The notes: generated from the sequence alone by a model not told the origin. Counted from the stretch's first letter, positions 28,501 through 38,345 are shown. The stretch is DNA of 55,788 bases from a virus (IMGVR_UViG_3300035494_000076:1-55788); one strand, 5' to 3'. Made by a program: numbers and translations.

Positions 28501-29180
28501 ATGTCCGATTTAACACGCGCACAACGTAGATAAATTAAACGGGATCGCAGAAGAGAAAGAAACGCCAAACGAAATCCTCGATATGAATCTGATACATTCC
28601 AATCTATTCCAGTTATTCAAGACTACTCCCCTCCAAAAATTCAAAAGAAAATCGAAGCACAGACCGAAGCACAAGGTCACTACTTATTATCGATAGATTC
28701 AAACATTGTGACAATCGCAATCGGTCCAGCAGGAACTGGTAAAACTTTTTGCTCTGTTGCTAAGGCTTGCGAAGCATTGGAATCCAAACAAGTTGATCGA
28801 ATTATCCTAACAAGACCATTAGAGGATTCTGAGTCTAATCGTATTGGGGCATTACCAAGTCTAAAGTAGAAGCGTATTTAAGAGCAGGAAAGATTGTTCC
28901 AATGCCCTTGGCATTTTTGAGAGGTCATACCTTAGATAACTGTTTCGTCATCTGTTCTGAAATGCAAAATAGTACACCTACCACTATGAAACTCATCTTA
29001 ACACGAATTGGGAAATATTCTAAGGTTGTTATTGATGGGGATGTTAAACAAAAAGACATACGTGGACTTTCTGGATTAGAAGATGCCGTAAGACGTTTAC
29101 AGGGGGTAAAAGGCATTAATACTGTTGAGTTTACTAAAGACGACATTGTTCGTTATATCTTAGACCGATACGAAAACTAA
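28501..29180 (+). pseudogene. phoH: phoH pseudogene
   Basis: GPAGTGKT, ILTRP, LAFLRG and TRIG..SK...GD..Q motifs; TAA at codon 11 (28531), deletion plus frameshift near 28858, Walker B DE changed to SE. Confidence 0.88.
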
Positions 29181-29183
29181 TTC

Positions 29184-29212
29184 TTGACACCCTCTAGAAA
29201 TTAGGTTATACT
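29184..29212 (+). promoter_or_regulatory. Sigma70-type promoter of the clamp-loader operon
   Basis: TTGACA-N17-TATACT. Confidence 0.75.
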
Positions 29213-29251
29213 TCCTCTTGATTTATTAACTAAAGAGGGGTATAATCACAA

Positions 29252-29695
29252 ATGAAAATCTTCCAAACCATTCTTCTTTTCGCAGTCTACCTTCCAATTT
29301 TATATTTTGGACTTCAAGCTGATTCCTACCCAATTCTAACATGGGCTTCTTATTTTATTCTATTTTTATTCTTTTTAGGTTCAGCAGGTAGTTTCTTGAT
29401 CGGAAACAGAATCGAGAGAGTTTTATTTGACATGATGAATAAAAACGAAGCACACTCTATCCATAACTTTGCAGAAAAAGGATTCGGCTTCATACAGACC
29501 ACACTTTTTGCGTTACCTGTCACATACATCTTATTCATTAATGGGCATGCCACGACGGCGGCATTATTCTTGACATCTTATCTTATTGGTGTATACTACT
29601 TGTTTAAAATGAAAAAAACTGCCAGAGTATTCAGTTCGGCAATCCTACTGAAAAGAGAAAATGATTTATATAAAATTTATGGAGATAAGCTATGA
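29252..29695 (+). CDS. Multi-pass membrane protein
   Basis: About four hydrophobic segments. Confidence 0.7.
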   Translation: MKIFQTILLFAVYLPILYFGLQADSYPILTWASYFILFLFFLGSAGSFLIGNRIERVLFDMMNKNEAHSIHNFAEKGFGFIQTTLFALPVTYILFINGHATTAALFLTSYLIGVYYLFKMKKTARVFSSAILLKRENDLYKIYGDKL

Positions 29696-30618
29696 AGAAG
29701 TTGTTAGTTGATAAGTATCGCCCAGTTAAGTTAAGTGATTATGTCTTTCAAACAAAATCAAATGAGCGCAAGATTAAGAAATGGTTAAATGAGAATTCAA
29801 TCCCTAATGTTCTAATGTCAGGACCACCGGGTACAGGTAAGACAACCATGAGCCGCATTCTAGTTAATGAGTTGGGCATTGATGATATGGATGTCTTAAC
29901 CATCAATGCGTCATTAATGAAATTAGAGGACATCAGAGAAAAGATTATTCCATTCTTAGGAAAGAGTTCATTCAGTGCTTTCAAGATTATTCAGCTAGAA
30001 GAAGTTGATAGATTGAACTATAGCCAAACCAAAAGCCTACTATCGCTCATTGAAGACAACAGTGATCGTGTTCGTTGGATATTGACTTGTAACTATGTTT
30101 CTAAATTAGACACAGCACTTCTTTCTCGGTTTGAAGCAGGTCATCTAGTTATGGATGAACTCAATGAGGATGGTGTTCTTGAATATATCATTAATATCAT
30201 CGAACAAGAAGAAATCATTGTTAATGATGACATGGACTTACTATCTCACATTGATGCCTATTGGAGTGATATTCGAAAAATCTTGATGTCCATTGAAGGA
30301 CATTTGGATAGTGATAATGTTCTGCATAGCCTAGAAACAAAGTCTGGCTCTACTGATGTTGCAGAGTTCGAAGCAATCTTTAGACAAGGTGAAGCAAAAG
30401 AAAGACTAGCGGACTTACTAGAACTTACCGCACACGTTGATGCTAATAACTTTGAATGGTTCTACACGGTGTTATATGAAACGGCAGGTAAGAACTTTAC
30501 AGACGTTGGGGAATCTGTTATTATTATTGCAGAATCATTGGATAGAGCATTGCGTAGTGCAAACCAACGACTCACGTTGGATGCCTGTTTGTATAAACTG
30601 TTTATGGGAGAAGAATAA
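29692..30618 (+). CDS. gp44: Clamp loader ATPase subunit (gp44-like)
   Basis: DKYRP, GPPGTGKTT, INAS, EEVD, LTCN and LLSR motifs. Confidence 0.93.
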   Translation: MKKLLVDKYRPVKLSDYVFQTKSNERKIKKWLNENSIPNVLMSGPPGTGKTTMSRILVNELGIDDMDVLTINASLMKLEDIREKIIPFLGKSSFSAFKIIQLEEVDRLNYSQTKSLLSLIEDNSDRVRWILTCNYVSKLDTALLSRFEAGHLVMDELNEDGVLEYIINIIEQEEIIVNDDMDLLSHIDAYWSDIRKILMSIEGHLDSDNVLHSLETKSGSTDVAEFEAIFRQGEAKERLADLLELTAHVDANNFEWFYTVLYETAGKNFTDVGESVIIIAESLDRALRSANQRLTLDACLYKLFMGEE

Positions 30619-30620
30619 GA

Positions 30621-32780
30621 ATGAATGTACTGAGTCTTTTTGATGGTTTAAGTGGCTGTCGCATAGCGCTTGAGCGCGTAGGCATACCCCCTTCAAAATA
30701 TTATGCGAGTGAGATTGATAAATATGCAATCAAAGTAGCGCAAGCCAATTACCCCGATACGGTGCAATTAGGGAGTGTGACAGAATGGCAAAACTGGGAT
30801 ATTGATTGGTCGAGTATTGACTTGGTGACAGGTGGCTTTCCATGCTTTGTTGCAGGTACGCTTGTTACAACAAGGGATGGTCTAAAGCCAATCGAGGAAG
30901 TTAAGAAAGGTGACGAGGTTATTACGCACAAACATCGCTTTAAAAAAGTTGTTGTACCCATGATTAAAGTTTCAGACCACTTTAATTTAGTAAAAATACA
31001 AGGCAGTCATGAGCTAAAAGTGACAGATGAACACCCATTTTATGTTCGTGAGTTGAGTAGAAAATGGGATAACGAATTAAGAAGAGATAAGCGTTGCTTC
31101 TCAGAGCCAAAGTGGGTTGACTGTAAGGATTTGACCACAAATCACTTTGTAGGCGTACCTATCAACCAAAACTCAATTTCCCCAAGTTTCAGTAGTGATA
31201 TTCATTTTTGGTATATGATTGGCCGATATGTTGCAGATGGATATAGCAGCACTACAAATAAGCATAGCCGTGGTAAGGACAATTCTAAAGCTGACAGACG
31301 AGTTTATAAGACAATTATTACTTGCGGAAAGCATGAAGAACCTCAAATGGATTCAATTATAAATTCAGTTGATTACCATACAACAAAATCTGTAGAACGA
31401 ACAAGTATTAAGTACACCATCTCGAATAAAGAATTATGGGAGTTTGTGCAATCTTTTGGGCGAGGTGCTGAAAACAAAGAGATACCGCCATTTTTATTTG
31501 ACGCACCAATTGAGATTATTAAATCGTTCTTAAATGGTTATTTATCAGGTGATGGCTGTTTAATCCACAGTGAAGAATATAAACGCAATAAGAACATGAG
31601 CCAGTTGACAACTGTGAGTGAAAAGTTGGCTTATGGTTTAATACAGCTTGTGCAAAAAGCATACAAAACTCAGCCAACAATAACAAAAGCAAAAGTTGCT
31701 TCAAAGAAAATAATTGAGGGTAGAGAGGTTAATCAGAAACCATTTTTTGCCGTTCGTTTTTATAAACAAAAACCTAGACTAGCAAAATATTTTGAAGAAG
31801 ACGGCTTTATATGGACACCATTTAAATCAAAAGAACGCTTTGAGGAATCAATTCCTGTTTACAATTTTGAGGTTGAAGATGACAATTCTTATGCGGTTAA
31901 TAATTTAATCGTACATAACTGCCAGGCCTGGTCGGTCGCTGGTAAACAGATGGGCGATAAAGACGAGCGCGGTATGTTGTTTTGGACTATGCTTGATGTG
32001 ATGAAGCAGGTTAGGAAGCACAATCCAAATGCCCATTTCTTGGTTGAGAACGTCAAGATGAAGAAAGATTTTGAACAGTACATCACCCATCACACCGTAC
32101 AAGCGTTAGGTGAGGTGCATAAAATCTTGATTAATTCAGCATTAGTATCGGCTCAAAACCGTAATCGGTATTATTGGACTAGCTTCCCTGTAACACAGCC
32201 CGAAGATAAGGGCATTGTGTTGGCGGATATTATTGAGAGCGGTGAAGCAACTGGTGAGATGACAACTAAAAATGGTAAAAGTTATGGACTAACAGCGTCT
32301 TATGGAGGGGCGGTGGCATGGAATAGCATAGCTAAAAAGCAAGGGTCTATGATTTTAGAACGCCCTTGTGAGCCACGTGAATTTAATGAAAATTCAATCT
32401 GTCATCGTGAGCCTAAGGTTTTATGCGGTGCTATGCGTGGGCGATACATTGTTGATGGTAAACGACAAGACCATAAAATGAAAACAGCAGGATTGACCGA
32501 GCAAAGGCTAGAAATTAGACAGGATGAAAAAACCAACAGCCTAACAACGGTGCAAAAAGATAATGTTGTGGTTGAAGACTTGAAGGCGCTAACTTATCGC
32601 AAACTCACACCGCTGGAATGTGAGCGGTTACAAACCTTGCCTGATAATTACACAGCACACGTGAGTAATTCGCAACGTTACAAGATGATTGGTAATGGCT
32701 GGACTATTGACGTTATTGCTCATATACTGCATTGTATGTTAAGTCCACCAAAAAAGAAAGAAAGCCTATTTGGGTTTTAG
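30621..32780 (+). CDS. C5-cytosine DNA methyltransferase containing an intein
   Basis: LSLFDG, GGFP|CQ, ENV, Q.R.R and RYKMIGNGW motifs. Confidence 0.95.
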   Translation: MNVLSLFDGLSGCRIALERVGIPPSKYYASEIDKYAIKVAQANYPDTVQLGSVTEWQNWDIDWSSIDLVTGGFPCFVAGTLVTTRDGLKPIEEVKKGDEVITHKHRFKKVVVPMIKVSDHFNLVKIQGSHELKVTDEHPFYVRELSRKWDNELRRDKRCFSEPKWVDCKDLTTNHFVGVPINQNSISPSFSSDIHFWYMIGRYVADGYSSTTNKHSRGKDNSKADRRVYKTIITCGKHEEPQMDSIINSVDYHTTKSVERTSIKYTISNKELWEFVQSFGRGAENKEIPPFLFDAPIEIIKSFLNGYLSGDGCLIHSEEYKRNKNMSQLTTVSEKLAYGLIQLVQKAYKTQPTITKAKVASKKIIEGREVNQKPFFAVRFYKQKPRLAKYFEEDGFIWTPFKSKERFEESIPVYNFEVEDDNSYAVNNLIVHNCQAWSVAGKQMGDKDERGMLFWTMLDVMKQVRKHNPNAHFLVENVKMKKDFEQYITHHTVQALGEVHKILINSALVSAQNRNRYYWTSFPVTQPEDKGIVLADIIESGEATGEMTTKNGKSYGLTASYGGAVAWNSIAKKQGSMILERPCEPREFNENSICHREPKVLCGAMRGRYIVDGKRQDHKMKTAGLTEQRLEIRQDEKTNSLTTVQKDNVVVEDLKALTYRKLTPLECERLQTLPDNYTAHVSNSQRYKMIGNGWTIDVIAHILHCMLSPPKKKESLFGF
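30843..31919 (+). mobile_element. Intein (359 aa) with LAGLIDADG homing endonuclease
   Basis: Starts CFVAGT; block B TDEHPF; IGRYVADG and LNGYLSGDG; ends VYNFEV...VHN; +1 residue is Cys. Confidence 0.95.
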
Positions 32781-32792
32781 TAAGGAGAGTAT

Positions 32793-33203
32793 ATGGATAA
32801 CTTATTTGCATTTTTTGATGCAATGAACGCTGAAAACTATGATTATGTGGATTCAATGACTGATGAAGAAGTTAAAGCACTATCTCCATTTGTCCTATTG
32901 ATGTGGGCTAATGGGGCTGTTGACAATCCACACATCCACACAATATTAACGGATACTTATGTTAATCCTTATGTGTTTAGTTTATCCAAGCACCCACGAC
33001 TTCTTCTTAAGTTAATGGTTACTGCTAATGGTGGTATCGATAGAACGCGATACAAGTTTAAGAAGTCTGTTACAAAAGAACAATCAAATCTTATTAAGAT
33101 TATTGCAGAACACTATCAGTGCGGTTATAATGAAGCCAAGGAGATAAAAGAACTTCTTAGTAAAGATGATTTAAAAGAGTTGGAGTCTTTGTATGGTAAG
33201 TGA
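32793..33203 (+). CDS. gp62: Clamp loader small subunit (gp62-like)
   Basis: SPFVLLMW and IAEHYQCGYNEAKE..LLS; position after gp44. Confidence 0.75.
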   Translation: MDNLFAFFDAMNAENYDYVDSMTDEEVKALSPFVLLMWANGAVDNPHIHTILTDTYVNPYVFSLSKHPRLLLKLMVTANGGIDRTRYKFKKSVTKEQSNLIKIIAEHYQCGYNEAKEIKELLSKDDLKELESLYGK

Positions 33204-33408
33204 TTTTTCAAAAACACTTTTTGTAACGTCTAAGGTTAAATCCGATGATGGAGTATTGGAAATCCACGTAATATCAACAAAAGGTTGTGCAAAAATAACA
33301 ATGAACACCACTACTATGATATATGGTGCAGACCTTGAAGTGTTTTGTGAATACCATAAGGAGAGAATACAAGAGTTGCGCGACTTAATGATAATGGAGG
33401 AGTTATGA
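33193..33408 (+). CDS. Microprotein with C-terminal tag (DLMIMEEL)
   Basis: Coupled ORF. Confidence 0.7.
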   Translation: MVSDFSKTLFVTSKVKSDDGVLEIHVISTKGCAKITMNTTTMIYGADLEVFCEYHKERIQELRDLMIMEEL

Positions 33409-33653
33409 TAAATCACAGCAAAGACTTCAAAAACTATGTTTACAAAACAGACATAATGTATAATGGCGGTGAATACTTTTTTAATCTTCATTTTGGGGAT
33501 TTAACCTTTACCCTAACGACAAACGGTCTGTCATTACATTGGTCAGCTAAGACTGATACAATGGATAAAAATAAAGTTATCGACGATTTTTATAAAACAT
33601 TCAAATCTGATATTGACGGCTTAAGAGACCTTTTAGTTATGGAGCAGTTATGA
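33405..33653 (+). CDS. Microprotein with C-terminal tag (DLLVMEQL)
   Basis: ATGA-coupled ORF. Confidence 0.75.
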   Translation: MINHSKDFKNYVYKTDIMYNGGEYFFNLHFGDLTFTLTTNGLSLHWSAKTDTMDKNKVIDDFYKTFKSDIDGLRDLLVMEQL

Positions 33654-33841
33654 CTCCTAAATATGGCGATGTTATGGTTTCGGAAGAAACTGAGATGATT
33701 TATCTTAACGAAGATGGCTGGGTAATTTTTGGGTTTCCAAATTTTGATGATATGTATAAAGAAGATATTCAGAACCTAGCAAGACAAGGACTAAGCTACA
33801 TAAGCATTGCACAATTGTATGAAGCGATGAGGGGATTATGA
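33650..33841 (+). CDS. Microprotein with variant tag (LYEAMRGL)
   Basis: ATGA-coupled ORF. Confidence 0.7.
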   Translation: MTPKYGDVMVSEETEMIYLNEDGWVIFGFPNFDDMYKEDIQNLARQGLSYISIAQLYEAMRGL

Positions 33842-34065
33842 GAGAACGTTTCTACTATGGCGAGTATGAGTTCATTTTTCCAAAATTCTTTGGAAAACGG
33901 AACATGATAGAATTCTACGACCCAAAGCGTGGGAAAGTCTTGGGGTGTTACTTTGTAGAGAACAAAACAGTCACATATTCAGACTACTCAAAGCAACACA
34001 ACATCTACATATCCAATAGTGCGATAAAATTTGCTTTGGATGTTTATCTTATGGAGGAACTGTAG
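33838..34065 (+). CDS. Microprotein with C-terminal tag (DVYLMEEL)
   Basis: ATGA-coupled ORF. Confidence 0.75.
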   Translation: MRERFYYGEYEFIFPKFFGKRNMIEFYDPKRGKVLGCYFVENKTVTYSDYSKQHNIYISNSAIKFALDVYLMEEL

Positions 34066-34262
34066 TGATTAGAGAAATGGAAGTTGACGGATATACGTTA
34101 CACGCTAGAGGGAATGAGGTGGAAGTGTATGATGAAATCTTTCAGCGATCTGTGTGCATTGTTGAACTAAGCGGTAAGGTTTCATATTACTATGATGATA
34201 GGTTTGTTTCTAAGAAAGTTGTTCAGCAATGCAAAGATTTATTAACGCTAAACAATATTTGA
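34065..34262 (+). CDS. Microprotein with C-terminal tag (DLLTLNNI)
   Basis: GTG start overlapping the TAG; SD GGAGG. Confidence 0.7.
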   Translation: MIREMEVDGYTLHARGNEVEVYDEIFQRSVCIVELSGKVSYYYDDRFVSKKVVQQCKDLLTLNNI

Positions 34263-34286
34263 CAAAACTTTCCTTTCTGTTATAAT
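34259..34286 (+). promoter_or_regulatory. Sigma70-type promoter
   Basis: TTGACA-N16-TATAAT with TG extension. Confidence 0.75.
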
Positions 34287-34315
34287 GCCTCCATAGAATA
34301 CGTTTGGAGGTTATA

Positions 34316-34981
34316 ATGACAATCGCAGTAGCTAATGACGTCGAAAAACTATACGAGAATGGACTAATAAGCCACTCTGACGGCACGTTTGAGTGCCCTG
34401 TGTGTCATAAGGTATATAAAAGAAAAAGCAACGCCATAGCCCATTTAAATAAGCAGGATTGCTACTCGCTTCTTGATATATTCAAAAACACCGCCAATGA
34501 AACTCGTGGCTTATCCTTATACAAAACATTGGTATCTGCGGTTAATCCTCAAGCAAGAACAAGTCTTAATGTTTTTAGAAAGAGTAGATACTATAACCCT
34601 GTTATGCGTTACATATCTTTTTCGGCAATCCATGAACTTGGTAAACTTTCAGAAGATTACCTTGATTGGTTAATCCAATATAAGAACTTCTCAAATGTCA
34701 ATGCCTTACTTTCTAATGCAACCAAAGAATCATTCCTTAGAGAATTTAGATTGTTTTTACAATCTCATGGTGATATAATGATAGACTCAAAGACATTCAT
34801 CGAAAGATATAAGCAAGACTTGATAGATGACCAAAACTTCTTTATAAGAAGTTTAGAGAAAGGGCATTTGTGGATTGGTTACTTAACACCAGACATATTT
34901 CCGATTGATGATGTATACGAATCCCTTGACCTAGACTATAAATTTAGATTTGAAAAAATATTGGAGGAAATTGAAAAATGA
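34316..34981 (+). CDS. Zinc-finger protein
   Basis: CPVC-x12-H-x5-C; SD GGAGG before ATG 34316. Confidence 0.7.
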   Translation: MTIAVANDVEKLYENGLISHSDGTFECPVCHKVYKRKSNAIAHLNKQDCYSLLDIFKNTANETRGLSLYKTLVSAVNPQARTSLNVFRKSRYYNPVMRYISFSAIHELGKLSEDYLDWLIQYKNFSNVNALLSNATKESFLREFRLFLQSHGDIMIDSKTFIERYKQDLIDDQNFFIRSLEKGHLWIGYLTPDIFPIDDVYESLDLDYKFRFEKILEEIEK

Positions 34982-35160
34982 AATATCGTATCGAAGTTGA
35001 CCAAACGCGAATGGTGTATGTATTAATCGACACCGTGAATAAAACGATTATTGCGGCTAACAAGAAATCTAGTGTTTTGTATGACCATGCACTTACATTA
35101 ACAGGAATGGAGAGAACCGCAAGTGTTCTAAATTCTCAGTTGCAATGTTACGGTAAGTAA
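34978..35160 (+). CDS. Hypothetical protein
   Basis: Coupled ORF. Confidence 0.6.
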   Translation: MKYRIEVDQTRMVYVLIDTVNKTIIAANKKSSVLYDHALTLTGMERTASVLNSQLQCYGK

Positions 35161-35162
35161 TA

Positions 35163-35459
35163 ATGAGACAACGAGATATTTTGTTTGAACAAATTAAGGA
35201 ACGTATCCTTACCTTAGAATATTCTTTTCATAAGATGCACGAAACATTAGAAAACCTAACAAAGTGCGTTGATGGGTTGGTTGAAGATATGAACCGCAAT
35301 GAAGAAACTCTGCAGGTTGTTGCTGATGTTGTGTATGGTGTTAGGGATGGTTTAGAATCAACTACTAAGGACTTGTCAGATTTAGAAAACCTTGTAGATA
35401 AGATTGATGGAATTGTTGCGGATATTGCGCCATTCATCGACACATTCAGGGGTGTATAA
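35163..35459 (+). CDS. Coiled-coil hypothetical protein
   Basis: Heptad pattern. Confidence 0.65.
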   Translation: MRQRDILFEQIKERILTLEYSFHKMHETLENLTKCVDGLVEDMNRNEETLQVVADVVYGVRDGLESTTKDLSDLENLVDKIDGIVADIAPFIDTFRGV

Positions 35460-35521
35460 TCTGTGAAAAATTCAGCTGATTCTTATACTACCACGGAAGA
35501 CTTATTATTAATGGAGATGAT

Positions 35522-36109
35522 GTGAAAAATCTATTCGATGTTGATATTGACACCACCACTAAAACCGATAAAACGCTGTATGGTATACCTGCTATGATAT
35601 ACAACGAAGAACAGGAAAGAATTAGCCCACATCCTTCTGGTGTTTATTTAGAAGATGTACCAATTGATACAATGACAGGTTTATGTGCATTTGACTATAA
35701 GTATGGCGATGCTAACGGTTTTATGAAAGTTGATATACTCCATAACAGTGTCTATGATATTTTTAAATCTAAGGAAGAAGTATCGACTGCGGTTGGGAAT
35801 GACATCGATTGGTCTTTATTAGAAGATGAATCTGTTGTTAAGACCTTACCACACTTAGCTAAACACTTTGATACTGTAAAGAAACTGAAACCAAGGTCTG
35901 TAGAGGATTTGGCTGATGTGTTAGCACTCATTAGACCTGGTAAGATTCATTTGCCCCAAGACTACATAAGAGACAAAGAAAAGGTTAGACGTTTTTTATA
36001 TAAAAGACCTAGCAGTGGAATTTATTTTAAGAAATCCCACGCCATATCATATGCTATGATGATTAAGGCGTATATCTACAAAAAACATCAGTCTATGTTT
36101 TGTTGGTAA
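35522..36109 (+). CDS. Minimal DNA polymerase III alpha (C-family)-like protein
   Basis: DVDID, HPSGV, KVDIL, ALIRPG and FKKSHAISYA match DnaE core motifs. Confidence 0.85.
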   Translation: MKNLFDVDIDTTTKTDKTLYGIPAMIYNEEQERISPHPSGVYLEDVPIDTMTGLCAFDYKYGDANGFMKVDILHNSVYDIFKSKEEVSTAVGNDIDWSLLEDESVVKTLPHLAKHFDTVKKLKPRSVEDLADVLALIRPGKIHLPQDYIRDKEKVRRFLYKRPSSGIYFKKSHAISYAMMIKAYIYKKHQSMFCW

Positions 36110-36407
36110 ACTTAAAAGTCTGCTTATTTGGTTTTTGGGTTATTAGTTTCTTTGAAGACCTTTTAATGGCACTCTTGTTTATCATAATGGGAGGGGGGAT
36201 TTGGTGGTGATTGAAATATAATGACTTGTAAACACTAAACCGCATATCTGAGAAGTACAACTTATAAATGATTGCCGCCATTGACAGTTCGGGGTCATCA
36301 TTGTTTGACATATCATAGATGGTGATATGCTTTGATGAAACGTAATCAACAATCCCTACAATTTTAAGTGTTGATGTTTCGATTGTGTCTAACAATTCTT
36401 CTTGCAA
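36093..36407 (-). CDS. Late hypothetical protein
   Basis: SD AAGGA, TTG start, minus-strand TATAAATA at 36441-36448. Confidence 0.65.
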   Translation of the reverse strand: MQEELLDTIETSTLKIVGIVDYVSSKHITIYDMSNNDDPELSMAAIIYKLYFSDMRFSVYKSLYFNHHQIPPPIMINKSAIKRSSKKLITQKPNKQTFKFTNKT

Positions 36408-36461
36408 TTTGAATCCTTTAGTGTTAAAATCTGTTTTATGTATTTATAAAGGAGAAACTGA

Positions 36462-36791
36462 GTGGGTTATAGAACAACACTTCGTTCAAAATACTACTAC
36501 CAAAAAATGCAGATAGAGGTAATGGTTGATTTTGGAAACAAATTAGAATTTTTTGAAGTTGATGCAAAAAAGGCAAACGAATTTGTAAAAAGTAACTTGG
36601 GGTTATCTGTTACTTTGGATGTTGACCCGGCGACTGAGTGTTTGTTATATCAATCAGAGGATGGAAGTTATCGTGTATATCCTATATGGAAACTCAGTTC
36701 ACTCTCCACCGATGAAGTTCTAAGACTTTCTAATATTCTTATGAGTGGTGAGATAAACATTAAAGATGCTATTATGTTGGCAAGTTTATAG
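36462..36791 (+). CDS. Small protein with C-terminal tag (DAIMLASL)
   Basis: SD AGGAG, GTG start. Confidence 0.7.
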   Translation: MGYRTTLRSKYYYQKMQIEVMVDFGNKLEFFEVDAKKANEFVKSNLGLSVTLDVDPATECLLYQSEDGSYRVYPIWKLSSLSTDEVLRLSNILMSGEINIKDAIMLASL

Positions 36792-36801
36792 GGAGGACTC
36801 T

Positions 36802-37018
36802 ATGGAAGACACACAATGCAAATGATAGTGAAGTAATTCAATCGTTAAGAAAATTGCAAAGGGTGTATAACAAAAGAGATGCAATATTGCTTGGCTATGA
36901 TAAAACATTCGTTGCTCTGGTGGGTGAGCATGATATTCAAGTTAAAGATTTTGAAACTGCGTATGATATGCTTAAGCAGGAAAAATTTCGAGACTACTTA
37001 CTAATGCGAGAAATTTGA
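36802..37018 (+). pseudogene. Frameshifted microprotein with C-terminal tag (DYLLMREI)
   Basis: GGAGG-ATG 36802 frame stops after 7 codons; another frame is open as HNANDSEVIQ...FRDYLLMREI*. Confidence 0.6.
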
Positions 37019-37134
37019 TGAGTGTTCGTGTCGATATTGGTGGTAAAGAATATGAATGGGTGAATGACTGGCTAATGGGGATGAAGGTAGTGGTCTGTGA
37101 ACATAAAGACGCATTGGTACTAGCAAAGCTATGA
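37018..37134 (+). CDS. 38-aa microprotein with C-terminal tag (DALVLAKL), absent from the ORF track
   Basis: TGATG/ATGA coupling at both ends: MSVRVDIGGKEYEWVNDWLMGMKVVVCEHKDALVLAKL. Confidence 0.65.
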   Translation: MSVRVDIGGKEYEWVNDWLMGMKVVVCEHKDALVLAKL

Positions 37135-37382
37135 AATATGAAGATGAAACTGTAACCATTGAGACAATATCCAGTTCATTTGTACTAGAACTAAATTCCA
37201 TTCCAGATGTCACTATCGCAACTGTTCAAATAATGGGAAGGCTGTGGAAAGTCGTATTCCTACGTGCAGACGGAAGCATTGATGAGAAAATCATAAAACC
37301 ATCTTCAATGTATTTGAACGATGAAGAAGAAAAGAAGATAAACGAGTTGGGCATTGATGTTTTAATGATGCACGAATTGTAG
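37131..37382 (+). CDS. Microprotein with C-terminal tag (DVLMMHEL)
   Basis: Coupled ORF. Confidence 0.7.
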   Translation: MKYEDETVTIETISSSFVLELNSIPDVTIATVQIMGRLWKVVFLRADGSIDEKIIKPSSMYLNDEEEKKINELGIDVLMMHEL

Positions 37383-37391
37383 GGGGAACTG

Positions 37392-38345
37392 ATGGGAATA
37401 CTAACAAATCACTTTGAAGACCTAAAGCAAGAAATAGTCATCAGAGCAAATCTAGGGTCTAAGGAGAATACTGGGTTTCATGCAGTATATTGTCCAATTT
37501 GCAACAAAACTGATAGAAAGACGGGTGGATTTAAGTTTGAATCTGATAAAATAGTCTACCATTGCTTTCGTGGTTCTTGTGATGCTTCAACTGTGTATGA
37601 ATTTGGTAAACCCATTTCAAAGAAGTTTAGAAGTCTTATGGACTCCATTGGTGTTACCATCCCAACTCAACTTTTGATGGTTAAATCATCATTTCAAAAG
37701 ACCTTAGAAAGTTTAGATGAAAGACTATATAAGAAGCATTACTACCGAGACGTTCACAAACTTGAACTGTTCATTAAATCCGAACATTCTAAAAAAGTGA
37801 ACAGAGAATATTGGCAGTATTACTTTGAGTCTCGACATTGTGACATGAATGGTGTTCTAATATGCGATGAAGGGAAATATAAGGGGTGCTGTGCCATTGA
37901 AATGAAGTTCTATGATAAGACCATAGGGTATCAGATATTAACCCGCAGAGGCGATTATATAAAGCAGTATGATGGCAACACAAATCTACTCTATATTCCT
38001 GACGGAAATATTCGTGATACGGTTATCTTGGTTGAAGGAACAATGGATGCAAAGTGCTTCCCTAACGCTATAGCAACACTTCAATCAAAAATTTCTCCAG
38101 AACAAGCCTACCATCTGAGAGGCAAGAATGTTATAATGCTCCCTGATATGGATGGGTCTAACCATTTCATCGAACAGTTTATGGATTATGGGTGGAAGAT
38201 TTCCATACCAGATTGGGGAGTTAAAGATTTGAATGAAGCAGTTATTAAGTATGGTGTTATTGTGGTGGCTGAAATGATTATGGAGGGGATATGCACGAAC
38301 AAGAACAAGGCAAACGCATTATACAAAATGAGGAAGATTTCGTGA
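37392..38345 (+). CDS. gp61: DNA primase (Zn ribbon + TOPRIM; gp61-like)
   Basis: CPIC...HCFRGSC; VEGTMD, PDMDG and KDLNEA motifs. Confidence 0.85.
   Translation: MGILTNHFEDLKQEIVIRANLGSKENTGFHAVYCPICNKTDRKTGGFKFESDKIVYHCFRGSCDASTVYEFGKPISKKFRSLMDSIGVTIPTQLLMVKSSFQKTLESLDERLYKKHYYRDVHKLELFIKSEHSKKVNREYWQYYFESRHCDMNGVLICDEGKYKGCCAIEMKFYDKTIGYQILTRRGDYIKQYDGNTNLLYIPDGNIRDTVILVEGTMDAKCFPNAIATLQSKISPEQAYHLRGKNVIMLPDMDGSNHFIEQFMDYGWKISIPDWGVKDLNEAVIKYGVIVVAEMIMEGICTNKNKANALYKMRKIS

Noticed and set aside
25582-28533. Stop-codon reassignment suggested by in-frame TAG (25582) and TAA (28531)
   Set aside because: The stops are of different types, TAG/TAA/TGA all terminate intact core genes, and the affected genes carry other lesions; decay is the simpler explanation
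33390-33410. MEEL tails as a pure by-product of SD overlap (ATGGAGGAGTTATGA)
   Set aside because: This explains EE in two or three cases, but not the Asp at -8 or tails such as MHEL, LAKL, LNNI and LASL; kept as a caveat
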